Shown here: positions 1-11,994 of the stretch, in pieces
Layout: every line of letters begins with the position of its first letter
How positions within the stretch are numbered: position 1 is the first letter of the stretch
The notes under the pieces: generated by a model
The model's input: the letters and a program-made list of their open reading frames with translations, nothing else
The model's database searches: none
Told to the model about the DNA's origin: nothing
Program-made: the position numbers and the translations under genes
Assembly (NCBI GenBank): GCA_036337435.1
Contig: JAYZEG010000056.1
Span: 1-48,043 of the forward strand
Direction of reading: 5' to 3'
Source of the DNA: Myxococcota bacterium
GTDB taxonomy: Bacteria; Myxococcota_A; Bradymonadia; UBA7976; UBA1532
Length of the DNA: 48,043 nt

Positions 1-29
1 AATAACACCAAGAACAAAAATTTACGCAT
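1..29 (-). CDS. 5' end of a probable exported protein running off the window (MRKFLFLVL...)
   Basis: Minus-strand ATG at 29 preceded by AGAGGGG (SD-like); basic then hydrophobic N-terminus typical of a signal peptide. Only 9 codons are visible. Confidence 0.5.
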
Positions 30-277
30 GAGTCCCCTCTGTTTTGCCGCCCGCTATTAAGAAACCTCGACAGCATGACATGGAGTCGACTCAAAAGCAC
101 CCCCACAACGCCAAACGTAGGGTGGGCTTTCAATCAAATTGAGGGTCCATCGGGAATTCAGTTCGTGTTGGTGGGCGTTGCGCCAGACAAGCCATTGAGA
201 CGGTATGAGTAGACAAATGGGGGACGTCATCAAGGGTCCGAGAGATGGTTTGAGCCAAATTGATGTATATTGGGGAC

Positions 278-306
278 AAAAAAAAGACGGGCTTGTGAGC
301 CCGTCT
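278..306 (-). terminator. Rho-independent terminator after the Gly-rich lipoprotein gene
   Basis: Perfect 9-bp stem AGACGGGCT/AGCCCGTCT with a 4-nt loop, followed by a U-run on the minus strand (A-run 278-285), about 75 nt after the stop at 380. Confidence 0.85.
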
Positions 307-379
307 CTCCCCAGCGACGTAAACACTGGATTAGGCAGCCCCGCCGTGTGGACTGGCTGCCCGTTTTATGGCAGGTGGA

Positions 380-1201
380 TTACTCGCCTTCGTCGTCGCC
401 GCCGAAACCACCTTCGCCGCCGAAGCCACCTTCGCCGCCAGCTCCGCCTTCGCCGCCAGCTCCGCCAGCTCCGCCTTCGCCGCCAGCTCCGCCTTCGCCG
501 CCTTCAGCCGCCGGCAGGCTCGTGCTCACTGAACCGCCCATCTCAGCGGTCGTTTCACCGATGCAGTTGTCGGTGTCAGGCGCGCCTTCGCCGTTGTCTG
601 CACAGACCTGGACTGTGTAGGACTCTACGTCTCGACCCGCCAACTCGACGACGGATAGGTCGCAGCCTTGTAGGTCCGTGTCAAACCCGATAACCAGCGT
701 ACCGCCAATGCCCAGTGAGACGTAGCAGCTGCGATTGTCATCGAAATTGGGGTCGGCCTCAACAGGCTCGCAAGCCATACCGTCATCGGTAGCCGCTTCG
801 CCGTTATTACGGGCAATACCGGAGCTACACGTCGCCATGTCGACGCCTTCTTGACCGCAAATCTGACCTGAGCCCTCTTCGAAAGAGACCAGTGAGCCCA
901 GGCGAGCATCGCCGGCGCAATCTGCAACAACACCGCAGATATCAGCACCTGGTGTGCCCGCAGTATTTTCTTCAGCACTGGTGTCATTGATCACAACGAA
1001 GGTGTACTCGACTGGCACATCACCGCCGCCGAAGCCGCCTTCACCGCCGAAGCCGCCTTCGCCTCCGAAGCCGCCTGCGCCAGCATCTGCACAGACGCCC
1101 GCATCATCACAGCCTTCACCTTCATCAACATCACAACCGGTCACACCCATGATTAGGCTTAAACTCGCGAGTGCGATGAGTAACTTGTTTAGCTTGTCCA
1201 T
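380..1201 (-). CDS. Acidic lipoprotein with a Cys-containing core flanked by (GGX)n Gly-rich repeats
   Basis: SD (GGGAGAAG) upstream, signal peptide with lipobox VTGC, GGEGGF/GGAGGE repeats on both sides of a core containing YVSLGIGGTLVIGF; own terminator. Confidence 0.85.
   Translation of the reverse strand: MDKLNKLLIALASLSLIMGVTGCDVDEGEGCDDAGVCADAGAGGFGGEGGFGGEGGFGGGDVPVEYTFVVINDTSAEENTAGTPGADICGVVADCAGDARLGSLVSFEEGSGQICGQEGVDMATCSSGIARNNGEAATDDGMACEPVEADPNFDDNRSCYVSLGIGGTLVIGFDTDLQGCDLSVVELAGRDVESYTVQVCADNGEGAPDTDNCIGETTAEMGGSVSTSLPAAEGGEGGAGGEGGAGGAGGEGGAGGEGGFGGEGGFGGDDEGE
397..505 (-). repeat. Coding 9-nt-period tandem repeat (GGE/GGA/GGF); a second block lies at about 1021-1085
   Basis: Repeated ccttcgccg / ccagctccg / ccgaagccg units in frame with the 380..1201 CDS. 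Confidence 0.85.
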
Positions 1202-1520
1202 CTCTTCTCCCTTTTGTCACGATGGTTGGCTTGAACGTACCCGTCCGCTAAATGACAGGCACGGCTAACTGGCGCAGAATATGTATTTCTGGGGGGCTGG
1301 GGCAAGAGTATTGAACAGGAAAAGTCGCACCTTAGACTACAGCGACACCTAAACCATCGACAATATTAGGTTTCCCTCTTTAAATTAAGAGTTTTTTTTT
1401 GTCGCTCAAGGTGCTTTTGGGCGGTAAAAACACGGTCCGGGCACCGCGAAAGCCCCCCCAACCCATCGCTGACCTCGAATGAGGCGAGCGAACTTGAATC
1501 CACCTCGATGCCGACGGTGC

Positions 1521-2912
1521 CTATTTTGGTCCAATCATCTCTTTCGGCTGGACGACACGGTCGAAGGTCTCGCCGTCGACAAATCCTAGTTTAATGGCCT
1601 CTTCTCTCAGCGTTGTTCCGTTCTTGTGAGCCGTCTTCGCGACGGTGGTTGCATTGTCGTACCCAATTTCTGGCGCGAGTGCAGTGACCAGCATGAGACT
1701 GTCCCACATCAGTTTCGAGATACGGTCTTCATCGGCTTTAATGCCCACGACACATTTGTCTGTAAAGGCCGCGCTTGAGTCTCCTAGGAGTTGCATCGAT
1801 TGGAGAACGTTGTACGACATCATGGGTTTGAAGACATTTAATTCGAAGTGACCCTGACTGCCGGCGAAGCCAACGGCGGCATCATTCCCCATGACGTGAG
1901 CACAGACCATTGTCAGTGCTTCCGCCTGTGTTGGATTTACTTTGCCTGGCATAATCGAGCTGCCTGGTTCGTTGGCAGGTAGCATCAATTCACCAAGTCC
2001 GCAGCGTGGTCCTGACCCGAGAAACCGAATGTCATTGGCAATCTTGAACAAACTTGCGGCAACCACTTTCAAGGCCCCCGACATCTCGATGAGTGCATCA
2101 TGAGCAGCCAAGGCTTCAAACTTATTCGGCGCGGTGTAGAACGGTAATGCAGTAATTCGCGCAATGGCACCTGCAACGGCATCTGCATAGCCTGACTTGG
2201 TGTTCAAGCCTGTTCCAACTGCGGTTCCGCCTTGGGCCAGCGCATAAATATTCGGCAGAGCGGACTCCACGCGCTTAATGCCCTGTTGTACCTGGTAAGC
2301 ATAGCCACCGAATTCCTGACCCAAGGTCAGCGGTGTTGCATCTTGCGTGTGCGTCCGACCAATTTTGATGATGCCGGCAAAGGCTCTCGCCTTGTCTACA
2401 AGAGCAGAATGCAAAGTCTTGAGGCCGGGTAAGAGCACATCGCGCGCGGTCATCCCGATGGCAATATGCATCGCTGTAGGAAACGTATCATTGGAACTCT
2501 GAGACATGTTCACATGGTCGTTTGGATGGACAGGCGTTTTTGAACCGAGTTGGCCACCTAAAATTTCGATGGCCCGATTGGCGATAACCTCGTTTGCATT
2601 CATGTTCGACTGGGTGCCCGACCCAGTTTGCCAAACCACCAATGGGAAATGGTCATCAAACCGACCCTCAACCACCTCCGATGCCGCTTCAACAATGGCG
2701 TCGCCAAGCTCAGGGTTGAGTTTACCTTGCGCCATATTGACCTCGGCCGCCGCTTGCTTAATCGCACCGAGTGCACGCACAATGGCGACAGGCTGTTTCT
2801 CCCAGCCGATAGGGAAATTGATGAGTGATCTCTGTGTCTGCGCACCCCAATATTTTTCAGAGGGAACTTGAAGTTCGCCAAAGCTGTCCGACTCAGTTCG
2901 ATACGATGCCAT
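1521..2912 (-). CDS. fumC: Fumarate hydratase class II
   Basis: [11 protein letters not shown] signature, [20 protein letters not shown]. Start moved to the ATG at 2912 ([10 protein letters not shown]), which follows AAGGAG. Confidence 0.97.
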   Translation of the reverse strand: MASYRTESDSFGELQVPSEKYWGAQTQRSLINFPIGWEKQPVAIVRALGAIKQAAAEVNMAQGKLNPELGDAIVEAASEVVEGRFDDHFPLVVWQTGSGTQSNMNANEVIANRAIEILGGQLGSKTPVHPNDHVNMSQSSNDTFPTAMHIAIGMTARDVLLPGLKTLHSALVDKARAFAGIIKIGRTHTQDATPLTLGQEFGGYAYQVQQGIKRVESALPNIYALAQGGTAVGTGLNTKSGYADAVAGAIARITALPFYTAPNKFEALAAHDALIEMSGALKVVAASLFKIANDIRFLGSGPRCGLGELMLPANEPGSSIMPGKVNPTQAEALTMVCAHVMGNDAAVGFAGSQGHFELNVFKPMMSYNVLQSMQLLGDSSAAFTDKCVVGIKADEDRISKLMWDSLMLVTALAPEIGYDNATTVAKTAHKNGTTLREEAIKLGFVDGETFDRVVQPKEMIGPK

Positions 2913-3167
2913 GCCCGCTTTACTCCTTTTGCAGAACCGTTTTCGAGACACAACCTATCGAGTTATTCCTCCTTTGCCAATGGCTGTCATCCCCTTGAAC
3001 GATTTTGTGCGGGAGCACGTGCGGCATGACTCATACACGTCCCGATCAGCCGTGCTGAGGCGATGGATACAACCGACTTAATAGGACGGCGAACCGACCG
3101 TGTTTTTGGGCAACAAACTAGGTAAGCAATTGGTTTACTGTTAGTGTCGGGCATCGAGGAGTCAACG

Positions 3168-3323
3168 ATGTTTAACTTTATGACCGGCACCGCTTGCGTT
3201 TTCGGCGGCATCTATCTTGTGGAAACGATGGGGGATAAGAGTCCCTTGATGAGTGCGGGCGGCGGATTTCTCGTTTTGTTCGGAATCTACAAGCTGGTCA
3301 TGATGATTCTGGACACAGCCTAA
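3168..3323 (+). CDS. Small 51-aa membrane protein with two hydrophobic segments (below the ORF-track cut-off)
   Basis: GAGGAG SD 6 nt before the ATG; translates to MFNFMTGTACVFGGIYLVETMGDKSPLMSAGGGFLVLFGIYKLVMMILDTA*. Confidence 0.65.
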   Translation: MFNFMTGTACVFGGIYLVETMGDKSPLMSAGGGFLVLFGIYKLVMMILDTA

Positions 3324-3599
3324 TCCCGGGACTGTTTTGTCCGTCGAAAGATACAGCAGGGTGAAAGGACTCAGTCGAACCGAACAGAACCCCGCGATCT
3401 TTGTAGGGTCGATGGAGTCAAATGCATCGGCATCAAGGTGGCGCCACTCGCCGTCTTAATCGAACGCTCAGGGCATGAACCGAAAAACCCACAACTGATT
3501 TTTTTTCTACGAGTCCTTTCGCAGGGACGAGAAAGTCAATATACACGGACGTATCAAACGTGTGGTAGTGGGCGAGATGCCTGTGAGGAGTGACAGAAA

Positions 3600-6539
3600 A
3601 TGAAGGCCGATTCCGACCGAGGACTGCCTAAAGTCTATGACCCGAGTGAAGCTGAAACCCGTTGGTACAAACTCTGGGAGGACGCTGGCCTCTTCAAACC
3701 GCTGTCCGATCACGGAGACATCGATCCTGAAAAGCCGACCTATGTGATCATGATGCCGCCTCCAAATGTAACCGGCACCTTGCATATGGGCCACGCGCTG
3801 ACAGCGACAATTCAAGATATCCTCGTCCGATACCATCGAATGACCGGTGCCAACACTCTCTATTTGCCCGGTACAGACCATGCGGGTATTGCGACGCAAA
3901 CAGTCGTGGAACGAGAGCTCAAAAAGCACGAGGGCCAGTCTCGACATGATCTCGGGCGCACAGCCTTTCTCGAACGCATTTGGGATTGGAAAGAGAAGAA
4001 TGGGTCCAGAATCATCGAACAGCTCCGGACAATTGGTGCCTCGGCAGATTGGAGTCGCCTTCGATTCACTATGGACGCCCAGTGCTCAAAAGCTGTCACA
4101 GAGGCCTTCGTGCAAATGTGGAATGACGACCTCATCTACCGAGGTGAGCGGTTAGTCAACTGGGATCCGACAACCCGAACGGCACTCAGCGACGAAGAGG
4201 TGGATCACGAGGAACGTCAGGGTGAACTTTGGCAGTTTGCGTATCCAATCGATGGCACCGATGAAGAAATTGTCGTTGCCACGACACGTCCGGAGACGAT
4301 GCTCGGTGACACAGCTGTCGCTGTACATCCTGATGACGAACGCTATCAGGCTTTGGTCGGTCGAAAACTCAGACATCCGTTTTTTCCAGACCGTGATGTT
4401 CGAGTCATTGCCGATGACTATGTAGACCGCGAATTCGGGACTGGGGCAGTGAAGATTACTCCGGCTCATGATCCAAATGACTTCGATATGGGACAGCGGC
4501 ACGCTTTGCCGATGATTAATATTCTCACGTTCGATGGGCGAATTAACGAACAGGGTGGCTCTTTCCAAGGCCTCGATCGATATGCAGCGCGCAAAGCCAT
4601 CAAGGAACAATTACGAACCCTCGGTTTTGAGCGCGGCAGTGAGGTGATCACTCACAGTGTCAGTATTTCGCAACGCTCGGGTGATGCAATAGAGCCCATG
4701 CTCAGCCGGCAGTATTTTGTCAAAACAGAGACCTTGGCTTCCACAGCCAGCGCAGCCATTAAATCCGATGAAACCCGCATCATTCCCGAAGGATGGGTAA
4801 AAACCTGGAACCATTTCATGGATAACATTCAGGATTGGTGCATCAGCAGGCAGCTCTGGTGGGGGCATCGCATACCGGTATTCTACGATCTCGAAAAATT
4901 GCCGGACGCCATCGCAAAAGATGCGAAGCAAAAAGGTCGGACTGAAGCATTAGAAGCCCTTGAGAGTGGCATCGATGCGAAAGCACTTCTACCCATTGCA
5001 CTCAACACCCTCGATGACGAATACGTCCGTTTATTTTCGGTGGCCAGTACGGAGAATTTAGCAGATGCGGATTCACGTTTTGTGCAGGAAAATGATGTTC
5101 TGGACACGTGGTTTAGTTCGGGTCTTTGGCCGTTTTCAACGCTCGGCTGGCCTGAAAAAACAGCGGATTTAGATCGATTTTATCCAGGTGCGGTTCTTGA
5201 AACCGGGTTCGACATTCTGTTCTTCTGGGTTGCGCGCATGATGATGATGGGGACTTATTTTATGGGTAAAGCCCCATTTAAAGATGTCTATCTCCACGCG
5301 ATGGTAAGAGACGCTCAGGGTCGTAAGATGTCCAAATCCCTCGGCAATACCATCGACCCGCTGGACGTCATCCGAGGCATCTCCTTAGAGGGACTTCTTG
5401 ACAAAACCAAGACCTATCCTGTTCCTGAGAAGCTTTTGCCGCAAGTCTTGGATGGATTGAGAAAATCCTATCCTGATGGACTCCTCGCGAGTGGAGCAGA
5501 CGGTTTGAGATTCACGCTGGCATCACTTTCGGGACAGGGGCGGGATATCAAGCTCGACATCCGACGCGTGGAAGGCTACCGGGCTTTTTTAAACAAAATC
5601 TGGAATGCAACCCGCTTTGCTCTTATGCGTGTCGTCGAGGGCGAGATTCCGTCACTCGACACGATTCGCAACCAGCTGAGCATTGCTGACCGATGGATTC
5701 TGTCGCGACTTCAAAGCGCAACAGCAAAAGCCAACACGGGCATTCAGAATTATAATTTCGCTGAGACAGCGGACAGCATCTACCACTTTTTCTGGGATGA
5801 ACTTTGCGACTGGTACATCGAATTGGCCAAAGGCAGTTTGTCCGATGATGCACCTGAATCAGCCCGAAGAACCACCAGTGCAGTCCTCTTGACCGTACTC
5901 GACCAAGCGATGCGAATGCTCCATCCAATGTGTCCCTTCCAAAGCGAAGAAATTTGGCAGAAATTACCTGGACGGCAAACCCGCTGGTCAACGGTTCGAT
6001 TTTGTGCGGAGGCCCCCTATCCGAGAGCAGATGAGAGTTTGATCGATGCGGATGCCGAACACCGGATTGGACAACTGCAAGAGGCAGTTACGTTGATTCG
6101 AAATGGCCGACACGAATCTGGCCTGCCGATGCAGAAGAAAGTGCCAGTTGTCATCGTCAGCGACGATAAGGAGTTGGGCGACACCTTGGCGTACTATGAC
6201 ACCGAAATCCGACGTCTAGCCCAAGTCACCACCTTAGATTTCAGCGGGCGCGCCCAGTTTAGTGCGCCGCAGCAAGCTGCTGTGAACTCAGGCACCGATT
6301 TAGACGTGGTCATCCTTCTCGAGGGCCTGATCGATTTTGGTGCAGAGCGGGAGCGAATTCAAAAAGAAGTGGGCAAATTGGCTAAGCGTCGAGAGGGATT
6401 GGCACGTCGATTATCAAGCCCTGGCTTTACAGACAAAGCACCACCCCAAGTTGTCGAAGAGACGAAGACGAAACTCGGTGAGATCGATGAACAGATCGCA
6501 CGGTTTGATGCTCGCTTGGCTGAGATCGCAAGCCTCTAG
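3600..6539 (+). CDS. valS: Valine--tRNA ligase
   Basis: PPPNVTGTLHMGH (HIGH motif), DWCISRQLWWGHRIP, DVLDTWFSS, KMSKS, C-terminal coiled coil; GAGGAG SD. Confidence 0.98.
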   Translation: MKADSDRGLPKVYDPSEAETRWYKLWEDAGLFKPLSDHGDIDPEKPTYVIMMPPPNVTGTLHMGHALTATIQDILVRYHRMTGANTLYLPGTDHAGIATQTVVERELKKHEGQSRHDLGRTAFLERIWDWKEKNGSRIIEQLRTIGASADWSRLRFTMDAQCSKAVTEAFVQMWNDDLIYRGERLVNWDPTTRTALSDEEVDHEERQGELWQFAYPIDGTDEEIVVATTRPETMLGDTAVAVHPDDERYQALVGRKLRHPFFPDRDVRVIADDYVDREFGTGAVKITPAHDPNDFDMGQRHALPMINILTFDGRINEQGGSFQGLDRYAARKAIKEQLRTLGFERGSEVITHSVSISQRSGDAIEPMLSRQYFVKTETLASTASAAIKSDETRIIPEGWVKTWNHFMDNIQDWCISRQLWWGHRIPVFYDLEKLPDAIAKDAKQKGRTEALEALESGIDAKALLPIALNTLDDEYVRLFSVASTENLADADSRFVQENDVLDTWFSSGLWPFSTLGWPEKTADLDRFYPGAVLETGFDILFFWVARMMMMGTYFMGKAPFKDVYLHAMVRDAQGRKMSKSLGNTIDPLDVIRGISLEGLLDKTKTYPVPEKLLPQVLDGLRKSYPDGLLASGADGLRFTLASLSGQGRDIKLDIRRVEGYRAFLNKIWNATRFALMRVVEGEIPSLDTIRNQLSIADRWILSRLQSATAKANTGIQNYNFAETADSIYHFFWDELCDWYIELAKGSLSDDAPESARRTTSAVLLTVLDQAMRMLHPMCPFQSEEIWQKLPGRQTRWSTVRFCAEAPYPRADESLIDADAEHRIGQLQEAVTLIRNGRHESGLPMQKKVPVVIVSDDKELGDTLAYYDTEIRRLAQVTTLDFSGRAQFSAPQQAAVNSGTDLDVVILLEGLIDFGAERERIQKEVGKLAKRREGLARRLSSPGFTDKAPPQVVEETKTKLGEIDEQIARFDARLAEIASL

Positions 6540-6579
6540 GGGAAGAACCGAGCCTACACAGAGCCGATTAGGATAAAGC

Positions 6580-7047
6580 ATGGGACTTTGGGATACATTA
6601 AAGGGTGCTGTAAACTCGGTGACGGGCGGCAGCGCATCCGTAGAAATTGAGGTTGGCGAAGCAACGCTGGGCAAACCGATTTTCGTTCGCGTGCGGGCGA
6701 ATGCGCTCGCTGACCTGGAGATTTCATCGGTCTACCTGCTGGTTCAGGCCATCGAATATGCCGAAGTTCGTGACGTCGATTATGATCGGGATGACGGGCA
6801 CCAGACAATTGAGTATGTCAGGGGAAATTTGACGACGTTTAATACCCGACTTGAACTGGCTGAAGGACAGTCCCTGTCGAGTGGAGAATCATACGTCTGG
6901 GAAGGTTCGTTCATCATCCCAGATACGGAAAACCCGACTTTTGAGGGTCAAATGATAAGCCATACATGGCAGATTCAAGCGGGCCTCGATGCCGCCGGCA
7001 ATGACCCCGACAGCGGTTGGCGTAGCTTTGAGGTCTGGGATAATTAG
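6580..7047 (+). CDS. Spo0M-like / arrestin-N-like beta-sandwich protein
   Basis: N-terminus MGLWDTLKGAVNSVTGGSASVEI and C-terminal WQIQAGLDAAGNDPD resemble Spo0M-family motifs; sits between valS and queA. Confidence 0.6.
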   Translation: MGLWDTLKGAVNSVTGGSASVEIEVGEATLGKPIFVRVRANALADLEISSVYLLVQAIEYAEVRDVDYDRDDGHQTIEYVRGNLTTFNTRLELAEGQSLSSGESYVWEGSFIIPDTENPTFEGQMISHTWQIQAGLDAAGNDPDSGWRSFEVWDN

Positions 7048-7143
7048 CCTCGACCCAATGAATGTCGGGTGTTCGTCTACTCAAGCCAAGATCGTGCTCG
7101 TTAGGGAAGCCCGGAACTCTACCAATACAGATAGACTGAAGAC

Positions 7144-9311
<2,168 letters not shown>

Positions 9312-9439
9312 GAAACGTAGGATCCAGTTTAAAGCTGTGAATAGAAGTGGGGTCTTGCACAGGAAATACGGCCGCTTACTTGTGACCAGCACCCTTGCCC
9401 GGTTACAGTGCAAGCCACCAAACCTTGAGGAGAACAGTC

Positions 9440-11218
9440 GTGCGCTGTAAAGTTTGCTCACACCTTGACTTTGACGCCCGTGAGGGCGATCGATGTCCGA
9501 GGGACGGAAGCATTCTGATGGCCATTGGCGCACGCGAGAAGCACCCCCATGACGTGCTCCTAGGCGAACTTTTGGACGATGAGTTTGCCCTGGTTGACAT
9601 CCTCGGAGTGGGAGGTTTTGGCACCGTTTACAAGGCCATTCAATTTCCCGTTCGACGGCCGGTTGCGGTCAAAGTTCTCCATTCTCACTACTACCGTCAC
9701 GAAGGTGTGCGCCAACGTTTTTTCCAAGAGGCGAGAGCCATTGGTTCATTGACAGATTCGAGCATCGTAAAGCTTATCCGATTTGGAGAAATCGAACCTG
9801 GGCAACCCCTGCCTGGCTGCGGGGGCTACTTTTTCATGGCTCAAGAGTTCATTTCTGGACTCACACTCCGCGATGCCACACGACAACAGGGGCGATTCTC
9901 GGCAGAGCGAGCCGTTGGCATTGCTCTGCAAATTCTTCGAGCCTTGGCTGATGCACACCGAAGAGGTGTTGTCCATCGAGACTTAAAACCGGGTAATATC
10001 ATGCTGACCCGTGACGCACTCGGAGAAGAAAGTGCGCGAGTATTGGACTTTGGGGTCGCAAAGATGCTCGAGACCATTGATGACCCCGATGAGCATACAC
10101 CCGATACATTGACCGGAGTCATGCTTGGGACACCGAATTACATGGCACCCGAACAAATCCATGGCGATGAGATAAAACCAGCAACAGATCTGTACGCAGT
10201 GGGAATCTTGCTCTATGAAATGATTTCGGGAAGACGGCCTTTTCATCGGACGACGCGAGCCGAAACTCTGCGCGCCCAGCTGACTGAGTCGGCACCCAAA
10301 CTAACCAGAGCCGATGGCGTTGATGACGCGCTTGCTGAGGTCATCAATAAAGCCTTACATAAGGATGCCGGCCAACGTTTTCATGATGCTGTGTCATTTA
10401 TCCGAGCTCTCCAAAATAAAAGCGAGCCTACGAGCGGACCACAGCCTGTCGTCGAGGTCCCTGAGGCACCGTTAAACCGACCCAGTTTGCACCCCGTCGA
10501 ACAAACCATCGCGGCCAGTGCACCCGTTTCGTTACTCCAGGCTCAAACAACCGATGATAGCCCAGTTGATGCGGCAGCAGTGCCCGTCGAGCCACGCCGG
10601 AATTCAGTCGTCATGGTCTCGGTGATCACGCTGTTTGCGGCACTGGCGGGCTGGTTTATTTTAAGACCGAAAACCGCAACGCACCCGTCGTCCGCTACGT
10701 CGACCACCAAAAAGGCCTCTAAAACCCTTGAGAGTAAGCCGAGTCAGCCAGTGCCGTCGACGGTGGAGATCCCAGCGGAAAACCCAGCAGCACAAACGGC
10801 CCACAGTCCAAAACCAGCGAGCCCGAGTGCTGATGCAGTACAAAAAGATAAGGCAATCCCCCTGACCGACAAAAAGCCTGACCCGCACAAAAACACCGAA
10901 ACAATCGCTGCGCCGAAAGCAGATAAACAAACGAAACCGGACCACTCATCTCCACAGAAAGTGGCACCACAAAAGGCAACTCGACGGTTCGAAGCGAGAA
11001 AAACAGTAAAACGCCGAAGGCAACAGAAACGAGTTCGTGCAAAACCGAGTCAAAATCTTGGGTCGCAGCCAAGGCGTGCCAACGTCAAGAGCCCAAGGGT
11101 CACGGGTCCATCAATGACAAACCAGGTCAAAGCGCGCGAAAAACGAACTAACCCAACTCATGCACCGAAACCAGCAGGCCAGACGAAGCGTAAAACACAA
11201 GTGATCCCTGAGCTCTGA
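9440..11218 (+). CDS. Membrane Hanks-type Ser/Thr protein kinase with N-terminal Zn-ribbon and extracytoplasmic low-complexity tail
   Basis: GVGGFG, VAVK, HRDLKPGN, DFG, GTPNYMAPE; CKVC...CPRDG at the N-terminus; TM VVMVSVITLFAALAGWFIL. GTG start at 9440 after GAGGAG (the ORF track opens at 9395). Confidence 0.93.
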   Translation: MRCKVCSHLDFDAREGDRCPRDGSILMAIGAREKHPHDVLLGELLDDEFALVDILGVGGFGTVYKAIQFPVRRPVAVKVLHSHYYRHEGVRQRFFQEARAIGSLTDSSIVKLIRFGEIEPGQPLPGCGGYFFMAQEFISGLTLRDATRQQGRFSAERAVGIALQILRALADAHRRGVVHRDLKPGNIMLTRDALGEESARVLDFGVAKMLETIDDPDEHTPDTLTGVMLGTPNYMAPEQIHGDEIKPATDLYAVGILLYEMISGRRPFHRTTRAETLRAQLTESAPKLTRADGVDDALAEVINKALHKDAGQRFHDAVSFIRALQNKSEPTSGPQPVVEVPEAPLNRPSLHPVEQTIAASAPVSLLQAQTTDDSPVDAAAVPVEPRRNSVVMVSVITLFAALAGWFILRPKTATHPSSATSTTKKASKTLESKPSQPVPSTVEIPAENPAAQTAHSPKPASPSADAVQKDKAIPLTDKKPDPHKNTETIAAPKADKQTKPDHSSPQKVAPQKATRRFEARKTVKRRRQQKRVRAKPSQNLGSQPRRANVKSPRVTGPSMTNQVKAREKRTNPTHAPKPAGQTKRKTQVIPEL

Positions 11219-11273
11219 ACAACCCATTAAATAGAGCCCTTTGCTCAGACTCAAAGCTGCCATATACTGAGGC

Positions 11274-11993
11274 ATGTATCGAACCCTCACCAAATTGGGC
11301 ATGGCCCTGACACTCATATGCTCGGTCGCTTTCGGTTCGCCCAATACTGAATTGGAGACACGGGTGGCCGCGGCGACGCAATCATTTCAGACGAAGAAGT
11401 TCGAATCAGCCCTGAAACAGTTTCGAGCCATCAGAGAAACTGTAAACGATCCGGCACTGCGCCTGCGCCTGCAATGGAATATGGCACGCTGCTTGGAGGA
11501 AATGGCGCGGCACGCTGAAGCTCTCCGAATTTTTGAAGACTATGCCAAAACGGTCAACGATCCCGTGCGCCTCAGTCGAGCTCAAGCAAAGATCGACAAA
11601 TTAATCGATCAAGCCTTTGGAAAAATTGCTGTGAGCTGTGTCGGCGATCCGACGGCTAAAGTGGCGCTTGAAAAAGAGGCACGGGACGTGCCCTGCCCAA
11701 CTATTTTTGAGCGTCAAGAGCCTGGCCTCGTGGTTATCGTGGGCCGAGGGCGGAGCGTTGTAAGGCAGGTTGTGACAGTCAAAGCTGGCGAGACAGAGCA
11801 GGCAGAATTGACGTTCCTAGCCCCTCCCGTTAATGCCATTCCGGCCCCAAAAGAAAGCCGTCATTGGCCATGGTATGTGGCCGGAGCTACTGCAATTCTA
11901 ACCAGTGCGGCACTCACGGTTTGGATAATGAAGCGGGATGAGGGGCAGACACGACACACAGCGACATTCTGCCTTGAAGGTAATTGTGACTGA
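11274..11993 (+). CDS. Exported TPR + PEGA-like protein with C-terminal membrane anchor
   Basis: Signal peptide (VAFG), helical TPR-like segment (LQWNMARCLEEM...ALRIFEDY), beta segment ending VTVKAGETEQAELTF, TM WPWYVAGATAILTSAALTVWI. Confidence 0.75.
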   Translation: MYRTLTKLGMALTLICSVAFGSPNTELETRVAAATQSFQTKKFESALKQFRAIRETVNDPALRLRLQWNMARCLEEMARHAEALRIFEDYAKTVNDPVRLSRAQAKIDKLIDQAFGKIAVSCVGDPTAKVALEKEARDVPCPTIFERQEPGLVVIVGRGRSVVRQVVTVKAGETEQAELTFLAPPVNAIPAPKESRHWPWYVAGATAILTSAALTVWIMKRDEGQTRHTATFCLEGNCD

Positions 11994-11994
11994 G

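Noticed and set aside
205..693. Arg-rich and Pro-rich plus-strand ORFs (205..693, 270..620, 954..1268)
   Set aside because: Antisense shadows of the Gly-rich repeat gene; they also run across its terminator.
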